Source: Alphaproteobacteria bacterium
Lineage (GTDB): Bacteria > Pseudomonadota > Alphaproteobacteria > UBA828
Direction of reading: 5' to 3'
Length of the DNA: 64,000 bases
Assembly: GCA_965214705.1 (NCBI GenBank)
Contig: OZ243972.1
Span: 2,624,001 to 2,688,000 of the forward strand
Part shown: piece by piece, positions 39,857-54,697 of the stretch
How the letters are laid out: each line of letters starts with the position of its first letter
How positions within the stretch are numbered: position 1 is the stretch's first letter
The notes under the pieces: generated by a model
Seen by the model: the letters and a program-made list of their open reading frames with translations, nothing else
Databases searched by the model: none
Told to the model about the DNA's origin: nothing
Translations under genes and position numbers: made by a program

Positions 39857-41257
39857 ATGTTCCTGAGCGTCTTCGACATCTTCAAGGTCGGCATCGGCCC
39901 GTCTTCGTCCCACACCATGGGGCCGATGGCGGCGGCCGAGGCCTTCCTCGCGCTACTGGCGGAGCGGGTCGCGACGGATCCGCCTCCCGATTCATGGCTG
40001 CGCATTCACGTCTCGCTCCATGGCTCGTTGGCCTTCACCGGCAGGGGCCATGCGACGGACCGGGCGATCGTGTTTGGACTGCTCGGCCATCGCGCCGGCG
40101 ACATCGACATCGACAAGGCCGAGGGCGACGTGGCGGTCCTCAGGCAGAGCAGACACCTGCCTCCACTCGGCGGCATCACGCTCGCGTTCGATCCGCATCA
40201 CCACATCTTTTTCGACTATGGCCCACCGCTACCGGGCCATCCCAACGGCATGGAGTTCCATGCAATCGATGCCGAGGGCGTGGGCTATCTGAGCCAGATC
40301 TACTATTCGATCGGCGGCGGTTTCATCGTGACGGCCGAGGAGCTCGCCGGCGGCCAGGCGGGCGTCGGCGACAATGCGGACGCGCAAGTGCCGTTCCCGT
40401 TCGAAAACGCCGCCTCCATGCTTCGAATGGCGGAGGAGAGCGGCAACTCCATCGCCCAGATGATGCTGGCGAACGAGCGCGCCCTCCGCTCCGACGCCGA
40501 GGTCGATGCCGGGCTCGCGGCACTCTGGGGTGCCATGGACTCCTGCATCGATCGCGGGCTCGCGCGGCAGGGCGAGCTCCCCGGCGGGCTTCGCGTGAAG
40601 CGGCGGGCGAGCGCGCTGTTCGAGCAGTTGTGCGACGAGCAGGGCTCCAACAGCGCCCAGCCTCACGTCTATGCCGACTGGCTCACCGTCTACGCCATGG
40701 CGGTCAACGAAGAGAACGCCGGCGGGGGCAAGGTGGTCACGGCACCGACCAACGGTGCCGCCGGCGTGATTCCGGCCGTGGTGCGCTACTACCTAGACCA
40801 TTGTATAGACGCCGAGAGAGTGCGGGTCGGGGAATTCCTGCTCACCGCCGCGGCGATCGGCGGCCTGATCAAGTCCAACGCGTCGATCTCCGGCGCCGAT
40901 GCCGGCTGCCAGGCGGAAGTCGGCTCCGCCGCGGCCATGGCTGCCGCCGGTCTCTGCGCTGTGCTCGACGGCACGCCGGCTCAGGTGGAGAACGCGGCCG
41001 AAATCGCGCTGGAGCACCATCTCGGCATGACCTGCGATCCGGTCGCAGGCCTGGTCCAGGTGCCGTGCATCGAGCGCAACGGCATCGGCGCGACCAAGGC
41101 CGTCACCGCTGCATCGCTGGCGCTGCGGGGGGATGGCACCCACTTCATGCCGCTCGACAACTGCATCCAGGCGATGCGCGAGACCGGGCGCGAGATGAGC
41201 GCCAAGTTCAAGGAGACCAGCCTCGGCGGTCTCGCCGTGAACATGCCGGAGTGCTGA
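39857..41257 (+). CDS. sdaA: L-serine ammonia-lyase (Fe-S, single chain)
   Basis: [49 protein letters not shown]. Confidence 0.95.
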   Translation: MFLSVFDIFKVGIGPSSSHTMGPMAAAEAFLALLAERVATDPPPDSWLRIHVSLHGSLAFTGRGHATDRAIVFGLLGHRAGDIDIDKAEGDVAVLRQSRHLPPLGGITLAFDPHHHIFFDYGPPLPGHPNGMEFHAIDAEGVGYLSQIYYSIGGGFIVTAEELAGGQAGVGDNADAQVPFPFENAASMLRMAEESGNSIAQMMLANERALRSDAEVDAGLAALWGAMDSCIDRGLARQGELPGGLRVKRRASALFEQLCDEQGSNSAQPHVYADWLTVYAMAVNEENAGGGKVVTAPTNGAAGVIPAVVRYYLDHCIDAERVRVGEFLLTAAAIGGLIKSNASISGADAGCQAEVGSAAAMAAAGLCAVLDGTPAQVENAAEIALEHHLGMTCDPVAGLVQVPCIERNGIGATKAVTAASLALRGDGTHFMPLDNCIQAMRETGREMSAKFKETSLGGLAVNMPEC

Positions 41258-41279
41258 ACCTATCCGCCTCTGTTGATCG

Positions 41280-42686
41280 TCACTCGGCCGCTTCGTCGGT
41301 CCGGGGCTCGACCAGTTCCTCCGCCTGAGCCTCGCGGGGGTCGAGCTCGACCGGCTCCAGCGTCGGGATCGAGGACGAAGCCGGCGCGACGCCCAGCTCC
41401 TCGAACTTGCGCGCCGCCGGCAGAACCCGGCTCTCGAGCGAGCCCACGCCCTTGTTGTAGCGGTCCACGGTCTGCCGCAGCGACCGGCCGAGGTCGCCCA
41501 TGTGCCCGCCGAAGACCTTGATCCGCTCGTAGAGGTCGCGGCCCTGCGCCGCCACGACTTGCGCATTCTCCGCGAGCTTCTCCTGCTGCCAGCCGTAAGC
41601 GATGGTCTTCACCAGCGCGATCAGGGTGGTCGGCGTGCTGATGAGGACCCGCTGGCGCGCGGCGCTCTCGAACAGCGCGGGGTCGCTCTCGATGGCCGCC
41701 GCGAAGAAGGATTCGCCGGGCACGAACATCACGACGAACTCGGGCGTCTCGGACAGGGCTTTCCAGTAGTCCCGCGATGACAGCATGCGCACGTGGTCCC
41801 GGACCTGGCGGGCGTGGTCGGCCATGAGCCGCTCGCGGGTCTCCTCGTCGGAGGCCTCCACGGCGCTGAGGTAGGCGTCGAGCGGCGTCTTGGCATCGAC
41901 GATGATCGACTTGCCGCCGGGAACGCGGATGATCACGTCGGGCCGCAGCCGGCCCTCTTCGCCCTCGATGGTCGACTGCTCGACGAAGTCCACGTGCTCG
42001 GTCATACCGGCCATGTCGAGCACGTTGCGCAGCTGGTATTCGCCCCAGCGCCCGCGGGTCTGGGGCCGCCTGAGCGCCTGCACGAGCCGGCTGGTTTCCG
42101 TCCGCAGGCCCGTCTGCCCCTCCGCCAGGCTCTTCACCTGTTCGCTGATGGCCCGGTAGGCGCCCTCGCGTGCCTTCTCGATCGCGTCCACCTTGTGCTC
42201 GAACTTGCTGAGGCTTTCGCCCAGCGGCTTGACCAGGGTTTCGATTGCAACGCGGCGCTTCTCCAGGTCGTCCTTGGCGCTCGCGCTGTGCTTCTCGAAG
42301 CGCTCGCTCACGAGCTTCAAGAATCCCTCGCTGTTCTTACCGAGAGCCTCGGCTGCGAGCCCCGCAAATTTCTTCTCGAGCTCGGCACCCATTCGCGTCA
42401 GCTCGGCGACGCGCGCCTCGTGGCTCTTGCGCTCGGCCTCCAGCGCTGCCTCAAGCGCAGCTTTTTTTCTGTCGATGTCCTGAAGCCGATCCCGGAGCGC
42501 GACGGTCTCCTCTTCGAGCCCAGCCACGCGCTCGGCGGCGGCGGTAAGGCGAGCGATCTCCGTTGCACGCGCCTCCCGCTCGCGCGCCGCTCTCCGTGTC
42601 GAAGGCAGCACGAAAGCGAAATAGCAGACCACCCCGCCCGCGAGCGCCGCCAGCACGATGACGATGATGGTCAGCCCGAGGCCCAT
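41280..42686 (-). CDS. rmuC: DNA recombination protein RmuC
   Basis: N-terminal membrane anchor and coiled coil; RGRWGEYQL, RPDVII, IVDAKTP, MFVPGE. Confidence 0.93.
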   Translation of the reverse strand: MGLGLTIIVIVLAALAGGVVCYFAFVLPSTRRAAREREARATEIARLTAAAERVAGLEEETVALRDRLQDIDRKKAALEAALEAERKSHEARVAELTRMGAELEKKFAGLAAEALGKNSEGFLKLVSERFEKHSASAKDDLEKRRVAIETLVKPLGESLSKFEHKVDAIEKAREGAYRAISEQVKSLAEGQTGLRTETSRLVQALRRPQTRGRWGEYQLRNVLDMAGMTEHVDFVEQSTIEGEEGRLRPDVIIRVPGGKSIIVDAKTPLDAYLSAVEASDEETRERLMADHARQVRDHVRMLSSRDYWKALSETPEFVVMFVPGESFFAAAIESDPALFESAARQRVLISTPTTLIALVKTIAYGWQQEKLAENAQVVAAQGRDLYERIKVFGGHMGDLGRSLRQTVDRYNKGVGSLESRVLPAARKFEELGVAPASSSIPTLEPVELDPREAQAEELVEPRTDEAAE

Positions 42687-42746
42687 GTCGTCGATCCGCC
42701 GTTCTCTCTCTGCAAGTTCAGGTGCGTCTGCGAGGGCGTGCGCGAG

Positions 42747-44324
42747 TCAGAAACTCAGGCGCTTCAGGTCGATGACCGCGGCGCGGGACCGGAGCCTGGC
42801 CACCACCTCGTCCGGAACCACAGAATCGACGCCGATGAGGCCGATGGCCGCGCCGCCCGGTTCCCTGCGCCCGAGATTGAAGGTGGCGATGTTGATTCCG
42901 GCCTCGCCCAGGATCGTCGCCACCGCGCCGATCAGGCCCGGCCTGTCCTCGTTGGTGAAGTAGAGCATGTGCGGGCCGAGTTCCGCCTCGATTTCAATGC
43001 CCTCGATTTCCACGATTCGCTGCCCGCCCCGGCCGATGAGCGTGCCTGCTACCGTCTGCGCGTGCTCTTGCGACAGCACTTCTACCCGCAAGAGGGTCCG
43101 ATAGTCCGCCGTCATCTCGCTCTTGACTTCGCGTACCGTGATGCCGCGCTCGCGAGCGATGAAGAGGGCGTTGACGATGTTGATATCGTCGAGGCGCGGG
43201 GCGAGCAGACCCTGCAGGGCGGCGGCGGTGAGCAGCCGCGAATCGAGCGCGCTGGCCTGGCCCTCGTAGGCGATCGTGACGCCGCGGATTCGGCCGTCCG
43301 CAATCTGACCGGCGAAGCTCCCGATCTGCTCGGCAAGGGTGAGATAGGGGCCGAGCTTCGCCATCTCCTCGGGCGACACCGAGGGGGCGTTGACCGCGTT
43401 GACGACGGTGTCGGTCAGCAGGTACTCGGCCATCTGCTGCGCGATCTGGAGCGCCACGTTCTCCTGCGCCTCGACCGTGGAGGCGCCGAGGTGGGGGGTC
43501 GCGATCACCTCGTCGAGCGCAAAGAGGGCGTTTTCCCGAGCCGGCTCCTCCTCGAACACGTCGAGCGCGGCACCGGCCACGTGGCCGCTTTCGATGGCGC
43601 TCTTCAAGTCGGCCTCTACGACGAGCCCGCCGCGGGCGCAATTCACGATCCGCACGCCGGGCTTGGTCTTGGCGAGCGCATCGGCGTCGATGATCCCCCG
43701 CGTCTCGTCGGTCAGAGGCACGTGCAGCGTGATGACGTCGGCCTCGCCGAGCAGCTCGTCCATCGTCGCCAGCGTCACGCCGAGGGCGGCGGCACGGTCC
43801 GGCGCGAGGTAGGGGTCGAAGGCGACGACCCGCATTCTGAGCCCCTGGGCGAGGGTCGCGACGATGGCGCCGATGGTGCCGCAGCCCACGACGCCGAGCG
43901 TCTTGTCGCGCAACTCGACGCCCATGAAGCGGCCGCGCTCCCAGCCGCCCTTGCGGGTGGAGCGGTCAGCCTGCGGGATTCGACGCGCCAGCGCGCACAT
44001 CATGGCGATCGTGTGTTCGGCCGCAGTCACGGAATTGCCGTGGGGCGTGTTCATGACCACGATGCCGCGCTTGGTGGCTGCGTTCATGTCGACGTTGTCG
44101 ACCCCGGTGCCGGCGCGGCCCACGACCTTGAGCCGAGCGGCCCGGTCCACCAGTTCCGCGGTCACTCTGGTCGCGGAGCGGACGACAAGGCCCTCATAGT
44201 CTCCAATGATCTCGGCCAGCGCCTCGGGCGCGAGCCCCGGCTGCACGCTGACCTCGATGCCGCGCTCGGCGAACGCCTGCACGGCGACTTCGCTCACCTC
44301 GTCTGCGATCAGGACTCGCGGCAT
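42747..44324 (-). CDS. serA: D-3-phosphoglycerate dehydrogenase
   Basis: GRAGTGVDNVD, GVVGCGTIG, TPHLGASTVEAQ, C-terminal ACT domain. Confidence 0.96.
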   Translation of the reverse strand: MPRVLIADEVSEVAVQAFAERGIEVSVQPGLAPEALAEIIGDYEGLVVRSATRVTAELVDRAARLKVVGRAGTGVDNVDMNAATKRGIVVMNTPHGNSVTAAEHTIAMMCALARRIPQADRSTRKGGWERGRFMGVELRDKTLGVVGCGTIGAIVATLAQGLRMRVVAFDPYLAPDRAAALGVTLATMDELLGEADVITLHVPLTDETRGIIDADALAKTKPGVRIVNCARGGLVVEADLKSAIESGHVAGAALDVFEEEPARENALFALDEVIATPHLGASTVEAQENVALQIAQQMAEYLLTDTVVNAVNAPSVSPEEMAKLGPYLTLAEQIGSFAGQIADGRIRGVTIAYEGQASALDSRLLTAAALQGLLAPRLDDINIVNALFIARERGITVREVKSEMTADYRTLLRVEVLSQEHAQTVAGTLIGRGGQRIVEIEGIEIEAELGPHMLYFTNEDRPGLIGAVATILGEAGINIATFNLGRREPGGAAIGLIGVDSVVPDEVVARLRSRAAVIDLKRLSF

Positions 44325-44351
44325 CGCCCCCGGCCCCCGCGGCTGGGCGGG

Positions 44352-45512
44352 TCAGCCGGCCCCATGCCGGCGCACCTCGTCCCAGGCCCAATCGAGCCAC
44401 GGAGTCAGCGCTTCGAGATCGTCGCGCTGCACCGTGCCGCCGCACCAGATGCGCAGCCCCGGCGGGGCGGCCCGATGGGTCTTGATATCATATGCGGCGC
44501 CCTCCGCCTCTAGCAGCGCGCACATCCGCTTGATCGCGGCCCACTGCTCGTCGGTGTCGAGCATGCTGAACCAGGGATCGACGATGCTGAGGCACACCGA
44601 GGTGCGGGAGCGTGTCTCCGGCGCCCGTGCGAGGAAGTCGATCCATTCGCGTGCCGCGACCCAAGCGTCGATGACGTCGAAATTGGCCTGCGTCCGCGCG
44701 ATCATCCCGGTCTGGCCGCCGATGGAGTCGATCCAGCGCATCGCATCGAGCGCGTCTTCGATCGCCATCATCGAGACCGTGTTGATGGTCTCGCCCCGGA
44801 AAATGCCTTCGTTGAGCCGGCCATCGCCGGTGGTAAGGCGGAAGACCCTGGGCACCGGCCAGGGCGGCGATGCGCTCTCCAGCCGCTCCACGGCACGGGG
44901 ACCCAGGATCAGCATGCCGAACCCGGCCTCGCCGCCCAGCACCTTCTGCCAGGAGTAGGTGGTCGCGTCGAGCCTGGTCCAGTCCATCGGGTAAGCGAGG
45001 ATGGCCGAGGTGGCATCGCAAAGAGTGAGCCCAGCACGGTCGGCGGCAATCCACGCGGCATCGGGCACCCGCACGCCTGACGTGGTGCCGTTCCAGACGA
45101 AGACCGTGTCGCGGTTGGGGTCGACCTGCGCGAGGTCGGGCAGGCGGCCGTATGGCGCGTCGGTCACGCGCGCATCCAGAGGGCGCAGCTCGCGCTCGCC
45201 GTCGATGGCCCAGAGCGCGCCGAAATTGTCCCAGCTCAGAAAGTCGACGCCGCGCGGGCCGAGCAGCGACCACATAGCCATCTCGATGGCGCCGGTGTCG
45301 GAGCCTGGCACGATCCCGATGCGCCATTCGTCGGGTAGCCCCAGTAGCGCGCGCGAGTGCTCCAGCACCTCCTGGATTCGCGCCAGCGGCTCTTTCGCCC
45401 GGTGGGACCTGCCGAGCAGCGCACCCGACAGGACATCGACCGACCAGCCGGGGCGCTTGGGACACGGCCCGGAGGAGAAGAGCGGATATTGGGGACGGAC
45501 GGTGGGCTTCAT
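44352..45512 (-). CDS. serC: Phosphoserine aminotransferase (Methanosarcina/alphaproteobacterial type)
   Basis: FSSGPCPKRPGW, LGRSHR, WNGTTSGVRVP, SWQKVLGGE. Confidence 0.94.
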   Translation of the reverse strand: MKPTVRPQYPLFSSGPCPKRPGWSVDVLSGALLGRSHRAKEPLARIQEVLEHSRALLGLPDEWRIGIVPGSDTGAIEMAMWSLLGPRGVDFLSWDNFGALWAIDGERELRPLDARVTDAPYGRLPDLAQVDPNRDTVFVWNGTTSGVRVPDAAWIAADRAGLTLCDATSAILAYPMDWTRLDATTYSWQKVLGGEAGFGMLILGPRAVERLESASPPWPVPRVFRLTTGDGRLNEGIFRGETINTVSMMAIEDALDAMRWIDSIGGQTGMIARTQANFDVIDAWVAAREWIDFLARAPETRSRTSVCLSIVDPWFSMLDTDEQWAAIKRMCALLEAEGAAYDIKTHRAAPPGLRIWCGGTVQRDDLEALTPWLDWAWDEVRRHGAG

Positions 45513-45543
45513 GGGCGGTACGGCCGGCGCAGGCCTTTCGGGC

Positions 45544-46326
45544 TCAGACCGCGATCGTCCCTTCGAGATATTGCACGGCACGGCCGGCGAGCCGGACCCG
45601 GTCGCCTGCGACCGTGCAACGGACCGCCCCGCCGCGCGCCGAAACCTGATGGGCGTGGAGGTCCTCCTTGCCCAGGCGTTCGGCCCAAAAGGGTGCAAGC
45701 ATGCAGTGGGCGGACCCGGTGACCGGGTCTTCGGGGACCCCGAGTCGGGGGCTGAAGAATCGCGAGACGAAGTCCGCGCTCTCGCCGGGCGCGGTCACGA
45801 TGACCCCGCGTCGCTCGTCAAGGCGGGCCAACGCCGTCAAGTTGGGCTCGATTGCCCTGACGTCGGCCTCGGTCTCGAAGAGCGCGAGATAGTCCATGTC
45901 GGCGAACACCGCATCGGGCTCGGCTCCGAGACCCTCGGCGAGGTCGGCCGGCGACTCGACGGGGTGCGCGGCCAAAGCCGGGAAGTCCATGATGAGGCCG
46001 TCGTCGTCGCGGGCGACGTACAGGCGCCCGCTTCGGGTCTCGAAGGCGACCGACTCGGCATCCGGCTGCACGTGGCGAAACACGACGTAGGCGCTGGCGA
46101 GGGTCGCGTGGCCGCACAGATCGACCTCTGCCAACGGCGTGAACCAGCGCAATGCGTAGGCGCCGTTGGCCGGCACGAAAAACGCGGTCTCCGACAGGTT
46201 GTTCTCGTTCGCGATCGCCTGCAGCGTGGCGTCGTCGAGCCAGGACTCCAGCGGGCAGACGGCGGCAGGATTGCCGCCGAACACGGCATCGGTGAACGCA
46301 TCGATCTGGAATATCTTCAGGCGCAT
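45544..46326 (-). CDS. PhzF-family epimerase/isomerase
   Basis: IDAFT..FGGNPAAVC, EVDLCGHATLA, EDPVTGSAHC. Confidence 0.94.
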   Translation of the reverse strand: MRLKIFQIDAFTDAVFGGNPAAVCPLESWLDDATLQAIANENNLSETAFFVPANGAYALRWFTPLAEVDLCGHATLASAYVVFRHVQPDAESVAFETRSGRLYVARDDDGLIMDFPALAAHPVESPADLAEGLGAEPDAVFADMDYLALFETEADVRAIEPNLTALARLDERRGVIVTAPGESADFVSRFFSPRLGVPEDPVTGSAHCMLAPFWAERLGKEDLHAHQVSARGGAVRCTVAGDRVRLAGRAVQYLEGTIAV

Positions 46327-46422
46327 GCAACAGTTTATTGACGATCGCGGACAGGCATGCAAGGTGAGGCAGGGACTGCGGCGCTGTGCGCCGCGCTGCA
46401 ACGATCGGGTTCCGCCGACGGC

Positions 46423-47844
46423 ATGAACCGCGACTCCTTGCGAGATTTCCGGGCATTCATATCGGCCGCCTCAATGGGCGCGGCGGCACTTTGCTTGGCA
46501 GCGCTGACTGCACCAAACGCAGCGGCGAGCGATTTTTTTGACGGTTACGAGGCGTTTCAACGGGGCGACTACGACGAGGCGCGCGCCATCTGGTCCGAGC
46601 TCGCCTATGACGGCGACGTGGATGCGCAGTTCAACCTCGGCACGCTCTACGAGAACGGCTTCGGCGTTGAGGAGGACGCCGAGCAGGCAGCGCGCTGGTA
46701 CCGGGCAGCGGCAGCGCGCCGCGTCGACCTCGCCAGACTCGCGCTGGCGCGCCTGCAGCGCACGGGCGCGCTTGAGCCAGAACCGGATGAGGACCAAATA
46801 AAGCTGCTCGAGACCGCCGCCCGGCGCGGCCTGGCCGAGGCGCAGTACGAGCTGGGCGTGGCCTACGATCGCGGGCTCGGCGTCACACAGAATCATGCAA
46901 CGGCGGCGGGTTGGTATCAGCGCGCGGCCGAGCAGGGTCTGACCGATGCACAGTACAACCTGGCGACGCTCTTTGACGAAGGGCTGGGGACCCCGCGTGA
47001 TTTCGAGCAGGCGCGGGACTGGTACATGCGCGCTTCTGACGCCGGTGAGGCTAGGGCCATGAACAATCTCGGATACATTTATGAGAAAGGCCTGACCGGT
47101 CGACGGGACTATGGCAAGGCCGTCGTGTGGTATCGACATGCGGCCCAAACGGGTCTCGCCATCGCGCAGAGCAATCTCGCGGCGCTTCACTATCTGGGCC
47201 GCGGCGTGCCCCGTGACTTTGAACAGGCTTACCGCTGGTACAAGGCCGCGGCGGAGCAGGGCGACGCCGCAGGGCAGAACGGCCTCGGCCTGCTCTACGC
47301 CAACGGGCTCGGTGTCGAGCGCGATCTCGTCAAGGCGATGGCCATGTTCAGCCTTGCAGTCCACGGGGAAGGCTCGGCCGGCGCAGACGCGAAGACCTAT
47401 CGCGACCGGCTTGCACGCCTGTTGTCGGTGGAAGAGCGCGCATGGGCGGACGCGCTGAGCGAAGACATTCTGGCCCGAACAGCCACTGAAGAGGCGTCGG
47501 AGGAGCCCGTCTTCGGCGTGTCAATGCCGAGATCTGCGAACGGCTTCCGCGATTCCGCCATTTACGCACAAAGGCTTCTCAAATCGTTGGGCTACTATGA
47601 CGCGGCGGTGGACGGAGTCGCCGGTGAGTTCACCATCAAGGCGACGCGGCAATTTCTGAGAGAGAACGGGTTGAGAATGGAACCGCGGATCACCCGAGAG
47701 CTGGTGGAAGCGCTGGAGGCAGTGCGGACGGCCCGCATCGCTGCGGCTGCCGCCGCCGCTGCTGCCGAAGAAGCCGCAGGGCAAGAAAGCGTTGAAGAGC
47801 CGGCCGACGAGATGGTCGAGCATAACGGGCAGGGCCAATCATGA
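46423..47844 (+). CDS. Secreted SEL1-like repeat protein with a C-terminal peptidoglycan-binding domain
   Basis: Repeated AQ(F/Y)NLG..Y..G.G...A..WY..AA units; AQRLLKSLGYY...VDGVAG..T..A.RQF. Start is uncertain. Confidence 0.88.
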   Translation: MNRDSLRDFRAFISAASMGAAALCLAALTAPNAAASDFFDGYEAFQRGDYDEARAIWSELAYDGDVDAQFNLGTLYENGFGVEEDAEQAARWYRAAAARRVDLARLALARLQRTGALEPEPDEDQIKLLETAARRGLAEAQYELGVAYDRGLGVTQNHATAAGWYQRAAEQGLTDAQYNLATLFDEGLGTPRDFEQARDWYMRASDAGEARAMNNLGYIYEKGLTGRRDYGKAVVWYRHAAQTGLAIAQSNLAALHYLGRGVPRDFEQAYRWYKAAAEQGDAAGQNGLGLLYANGLGVERDLVKAMAMFSLAVHGEGSAGADAKTYRDRLARLLSVEERAWADALSEDILARTATEEASEEPVFGVSMPRSANGFRDSAIYAQRLLKSLGYYDAAVDGVAGEFTIKATRQFLRENGLRMEPRITRELVEALEAVRTARIAAAAAAAAAEEAAGQESVEEPADEMVEHNGQGQS

Positions 47845-48674
47845 GGCTTACGCGCGCAAAGAGTTCGACGTCCCTTGCGGCACTGGCTGCGTCGGTCGTG
47901 CTGGCATTGGCACTGCTTGCGGGCTGCGCGACAGAAGAAGAGGCCTACGTCGAACGCTCGGTCGAGGAGCTTTACAACGAGGCGATGGACAGCCTGCTGG
48001 ACGACGATTTCGACGCCGCCGCGGTGGGGTTCGCCGAGGTCGAGCGCCAGCATCCCTATTCCGTGTGGGCGACGCGGGCACAGATCATGTCGGCCTTCGT
48101 CTACTACCAGGGCAACCTCTACGACGAGGCTATCGCCGCAGCCAAGCGGTTCGTCGAGTTGCACCCGGGTCATCGCGATGCCGCGTACGGCTACTACCTG
48201 ATCGCCATGTCCCACTACGAGCAGATCTCGGATGTAGGCCGCGATCAGAGCACCACGGCGCGCGCGCTGCGGGCTCTTGAGGAGGTCACGCGCCGGTTTC
48301 CCGGCAGCGTCTACGCGCGCGATGCGCGCCTCAAGATCGATCTGGCGCGCGATCATCTCGCGGGTAAGGAGATGACCGTCGGCCGCTACTACCAGCGGCG
48401 CGGGAATCACGTTGCGGCGATCGGGCGCTTTCGCAAGGTCGTCGAGCTCTACCAGACCACGAGCCACACGCCGGAGGCGCTGCATCGCCTGACCGAAGCC
48501 TATCTGGCGCTGGGTCTGCCCAATGAAGCACAGACCTCGGCGGCGGTCCTCGGTCACAATTACCCCGGCAGCCGGTGGTACCAGCACAGCTATGCCCTGC
48601 TCCTCGACTCCGACCTCGAACCCGAGGCGGATGAGGGTTCATGGATCAGCCGGGTCTTCGGCGACGTGTTCTGA
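47841..48674 (+). CDS. bamD: Outer membrane protein assembly factor BamD
   Basis: Lipobox LAGC; ERQHPYSVWA, HLAGKEMTVGRYY, EALHRLTEAY. Confidence 0.95.
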   Translation: MRLTRAKSSTSLAALAASVVLALALLAGCATEEEAYVERSVEELYNEAMDSLLDDDFDAAAVGFAEVERQHPYSVWATRAQIMSAFVYYQGNLYDEAIAAAKRFVELHPGHRDAAYGYYLIAMSHYEQISDVGRDQSTTARALRALEEVTRRFPGSVYARDARLKIDLARDHLAGKEMTVGRYYQRRGNHVAAIGRFRKVVELYQTTSHTPEALHRLTEAYLALGLPNEAQTSAAVLGHNYPGSRWYQHSYALLLDSDLEPEADEGSWISRVFGDVF

Positions 48675-48683
48675 CGCCGCCAG

Positions 48684-53146
<4,463 letters not shown>

Positions 53147-53150
<4 letters not shown>

Positions 53151-53470
53151 TGGGCGCCGCGCGACAGATTGAGCCCGACCACGCCGATGATAATGAGGAC
53201 GATGGAGCCGATCCTGAGCGGCCCCATCGGCTCCTTGAACCAGATGTAGCCGATCATGGCGATCGCCGCCGTGCCGATACCGGCCCAGATCGCGTAGGAC
53301 AGGCCAAGATCGAGCTTCTTCAGCGCAAGCGCGAACAGCACGAAGCTGACCCCGTAGAGGACGAAGATCAGCACCGTGAAGACGGGCTTCGTCAGCCCCT
53401 CGCTGAGCTTCATGGAGGTCGTGCCGCCGACCTCGAATACGATGGCGAGGGCGAGATAGAGCCAGTGCAT
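53147..53470 (-). CDS. SMR-family small multidrug transporter
   Basis: [27 protein letters not shown]; four transmembrane segments. Confidence 0.92.
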
Positions 53471-53667
53471 GGTGCGACTCCGCAAGTACCGACCGGGGCT
53501 CGTCATTCTTTGATGCGCGCCGCGGAGTCAAGGAATACGGGGCGTGTCATATTCCCGCCGGATAAGGCGACGGGCTACCTTGCGTGCGCTGGGGCGGACG
53601 GGGACAATCGCGTCGCCCGGCGCAAGAACCCGCGCTGCACGCGCCCACACGGCGATGGGACCATCCC

Positions 53668-54660
53668 ATGAGCGACCAATCCGACCTGTCGAAGCCGTTG
53701 AAGACCTGGAGCCACCTCGCCGGCAAACGGCGCAGGCCGAGCGAATACGAGATCGTCTCGACCAATCTGCTCTGGAGCACCGACGACGAGATGCCGTGGG
53801 CGCTTTCGCCCGACATCGACATGAACAAGTGGTATCTCCGATACCGCAACAACTCGCCGCTCAAGCACGACGACTGGGACGCGTTCCGCGACCCCGATGA
53901 GCTGGTCTATCGCTCCTACAACGTCATGCAGGACGGGCACGAGACCTACGTGGACGGGCTGATCCGCGACCATGCAAAGAACGAACACGACAAGGGCCTG
54001 AGCGCGGAATGGGTGGCGGCGTTGGCGCGGCTCTACACGCCGACGCGCTATCCGCTCCACTGCCTGCAGATGGGCTCCGCGTACCTGGTGCAGATGGTTC
54101 CGGCGAGCACGATCGAGAACTGCGCCATGTTCCAGGCGGCCGACCAGCTCCGCTGGGTCTCGCGCGTGGCCTACCGCACAAAGGAGCTCGCCAACACACA
54201 CGCCGATGCGGGCTTCGTCAGCGGCGAGCGCACAGCGTGGGAGGAGGATGCCTGCTGGCAGGGCTTCCGCGAACTGCTGGAGCGCGTCCTCGTCGCCTAC
54301 GACTGGGCCGAGCATTTTGTCGCGCTCAACGTCGTCGCCAAGCCGGCGTTCGACGAGGCCTGCGTCCGCCAGCTGGTCCGCTCGGCCCGGCGCAACGGCG
54401 ACACGCTGCTTGCCCAGATGCTCGACGCGCAATGGGAGGACAGCGAGCGCGCCAGGCGCTGGACCGGCGCGCTCGTCGCGTTCGCACGCGAGACCGAGGG
54501 CAACGCGGCCGTGATGGCGGACTGGGTCGCGAAATGGGTGCCCTTGGGCGATGCCGCCATCGACGCCTATTGCGCCGCGCTGCCGGCGGGAGCGGACACT
54601 GCGGCTGAGGCGAAGGGCGCAGCCAGCGCCTTCCGCGCCTCGCTAGGATTCGCTGGCTGA
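53668..54660 (+). CDS. Soluble diiron monooxygenase hydroxylase beta subunit (TmoE/TouE-like)
   Basis: KPLKTWSHLA..RRRPSEYEIVSTNL, WDAFRDPDELVYRSY, WQGFREL.ER.LVAYDWAE. Confidence 0.9.
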   Translation: MSDQSDLSKPLKTWSHLAGKRRRPSEYEIVSTNLLWSTDDEMPWALSPDIDMNKWYLRYRNNSPLKHDDWDAFRDPDELVYRSYNVMQDGHETYVDGLIRDHAKNEHDKGLSAEWVAALARLYTPTRYPLHCLQMGSAYLVQMVPASTIENCAMFQAADQLRWVSRVAYRTKELANTHADAGFVSGERTAWEEDACWQGFRELLERVLVAYDWAEHFVALNVVAKPAFDEACVRQLVRSARRNGDTLLAQMLDAQWEDSERARRWTGALVAFARETEGNAAVMADWVAKWVPLGDAAIDAYCAALPAGADTAAEAKGAASAFRASLGFAG

Positions 54661-54697
54661 GGCGCGCCAGCGCGGGCGCCATTTTCGGAGGAATGAC

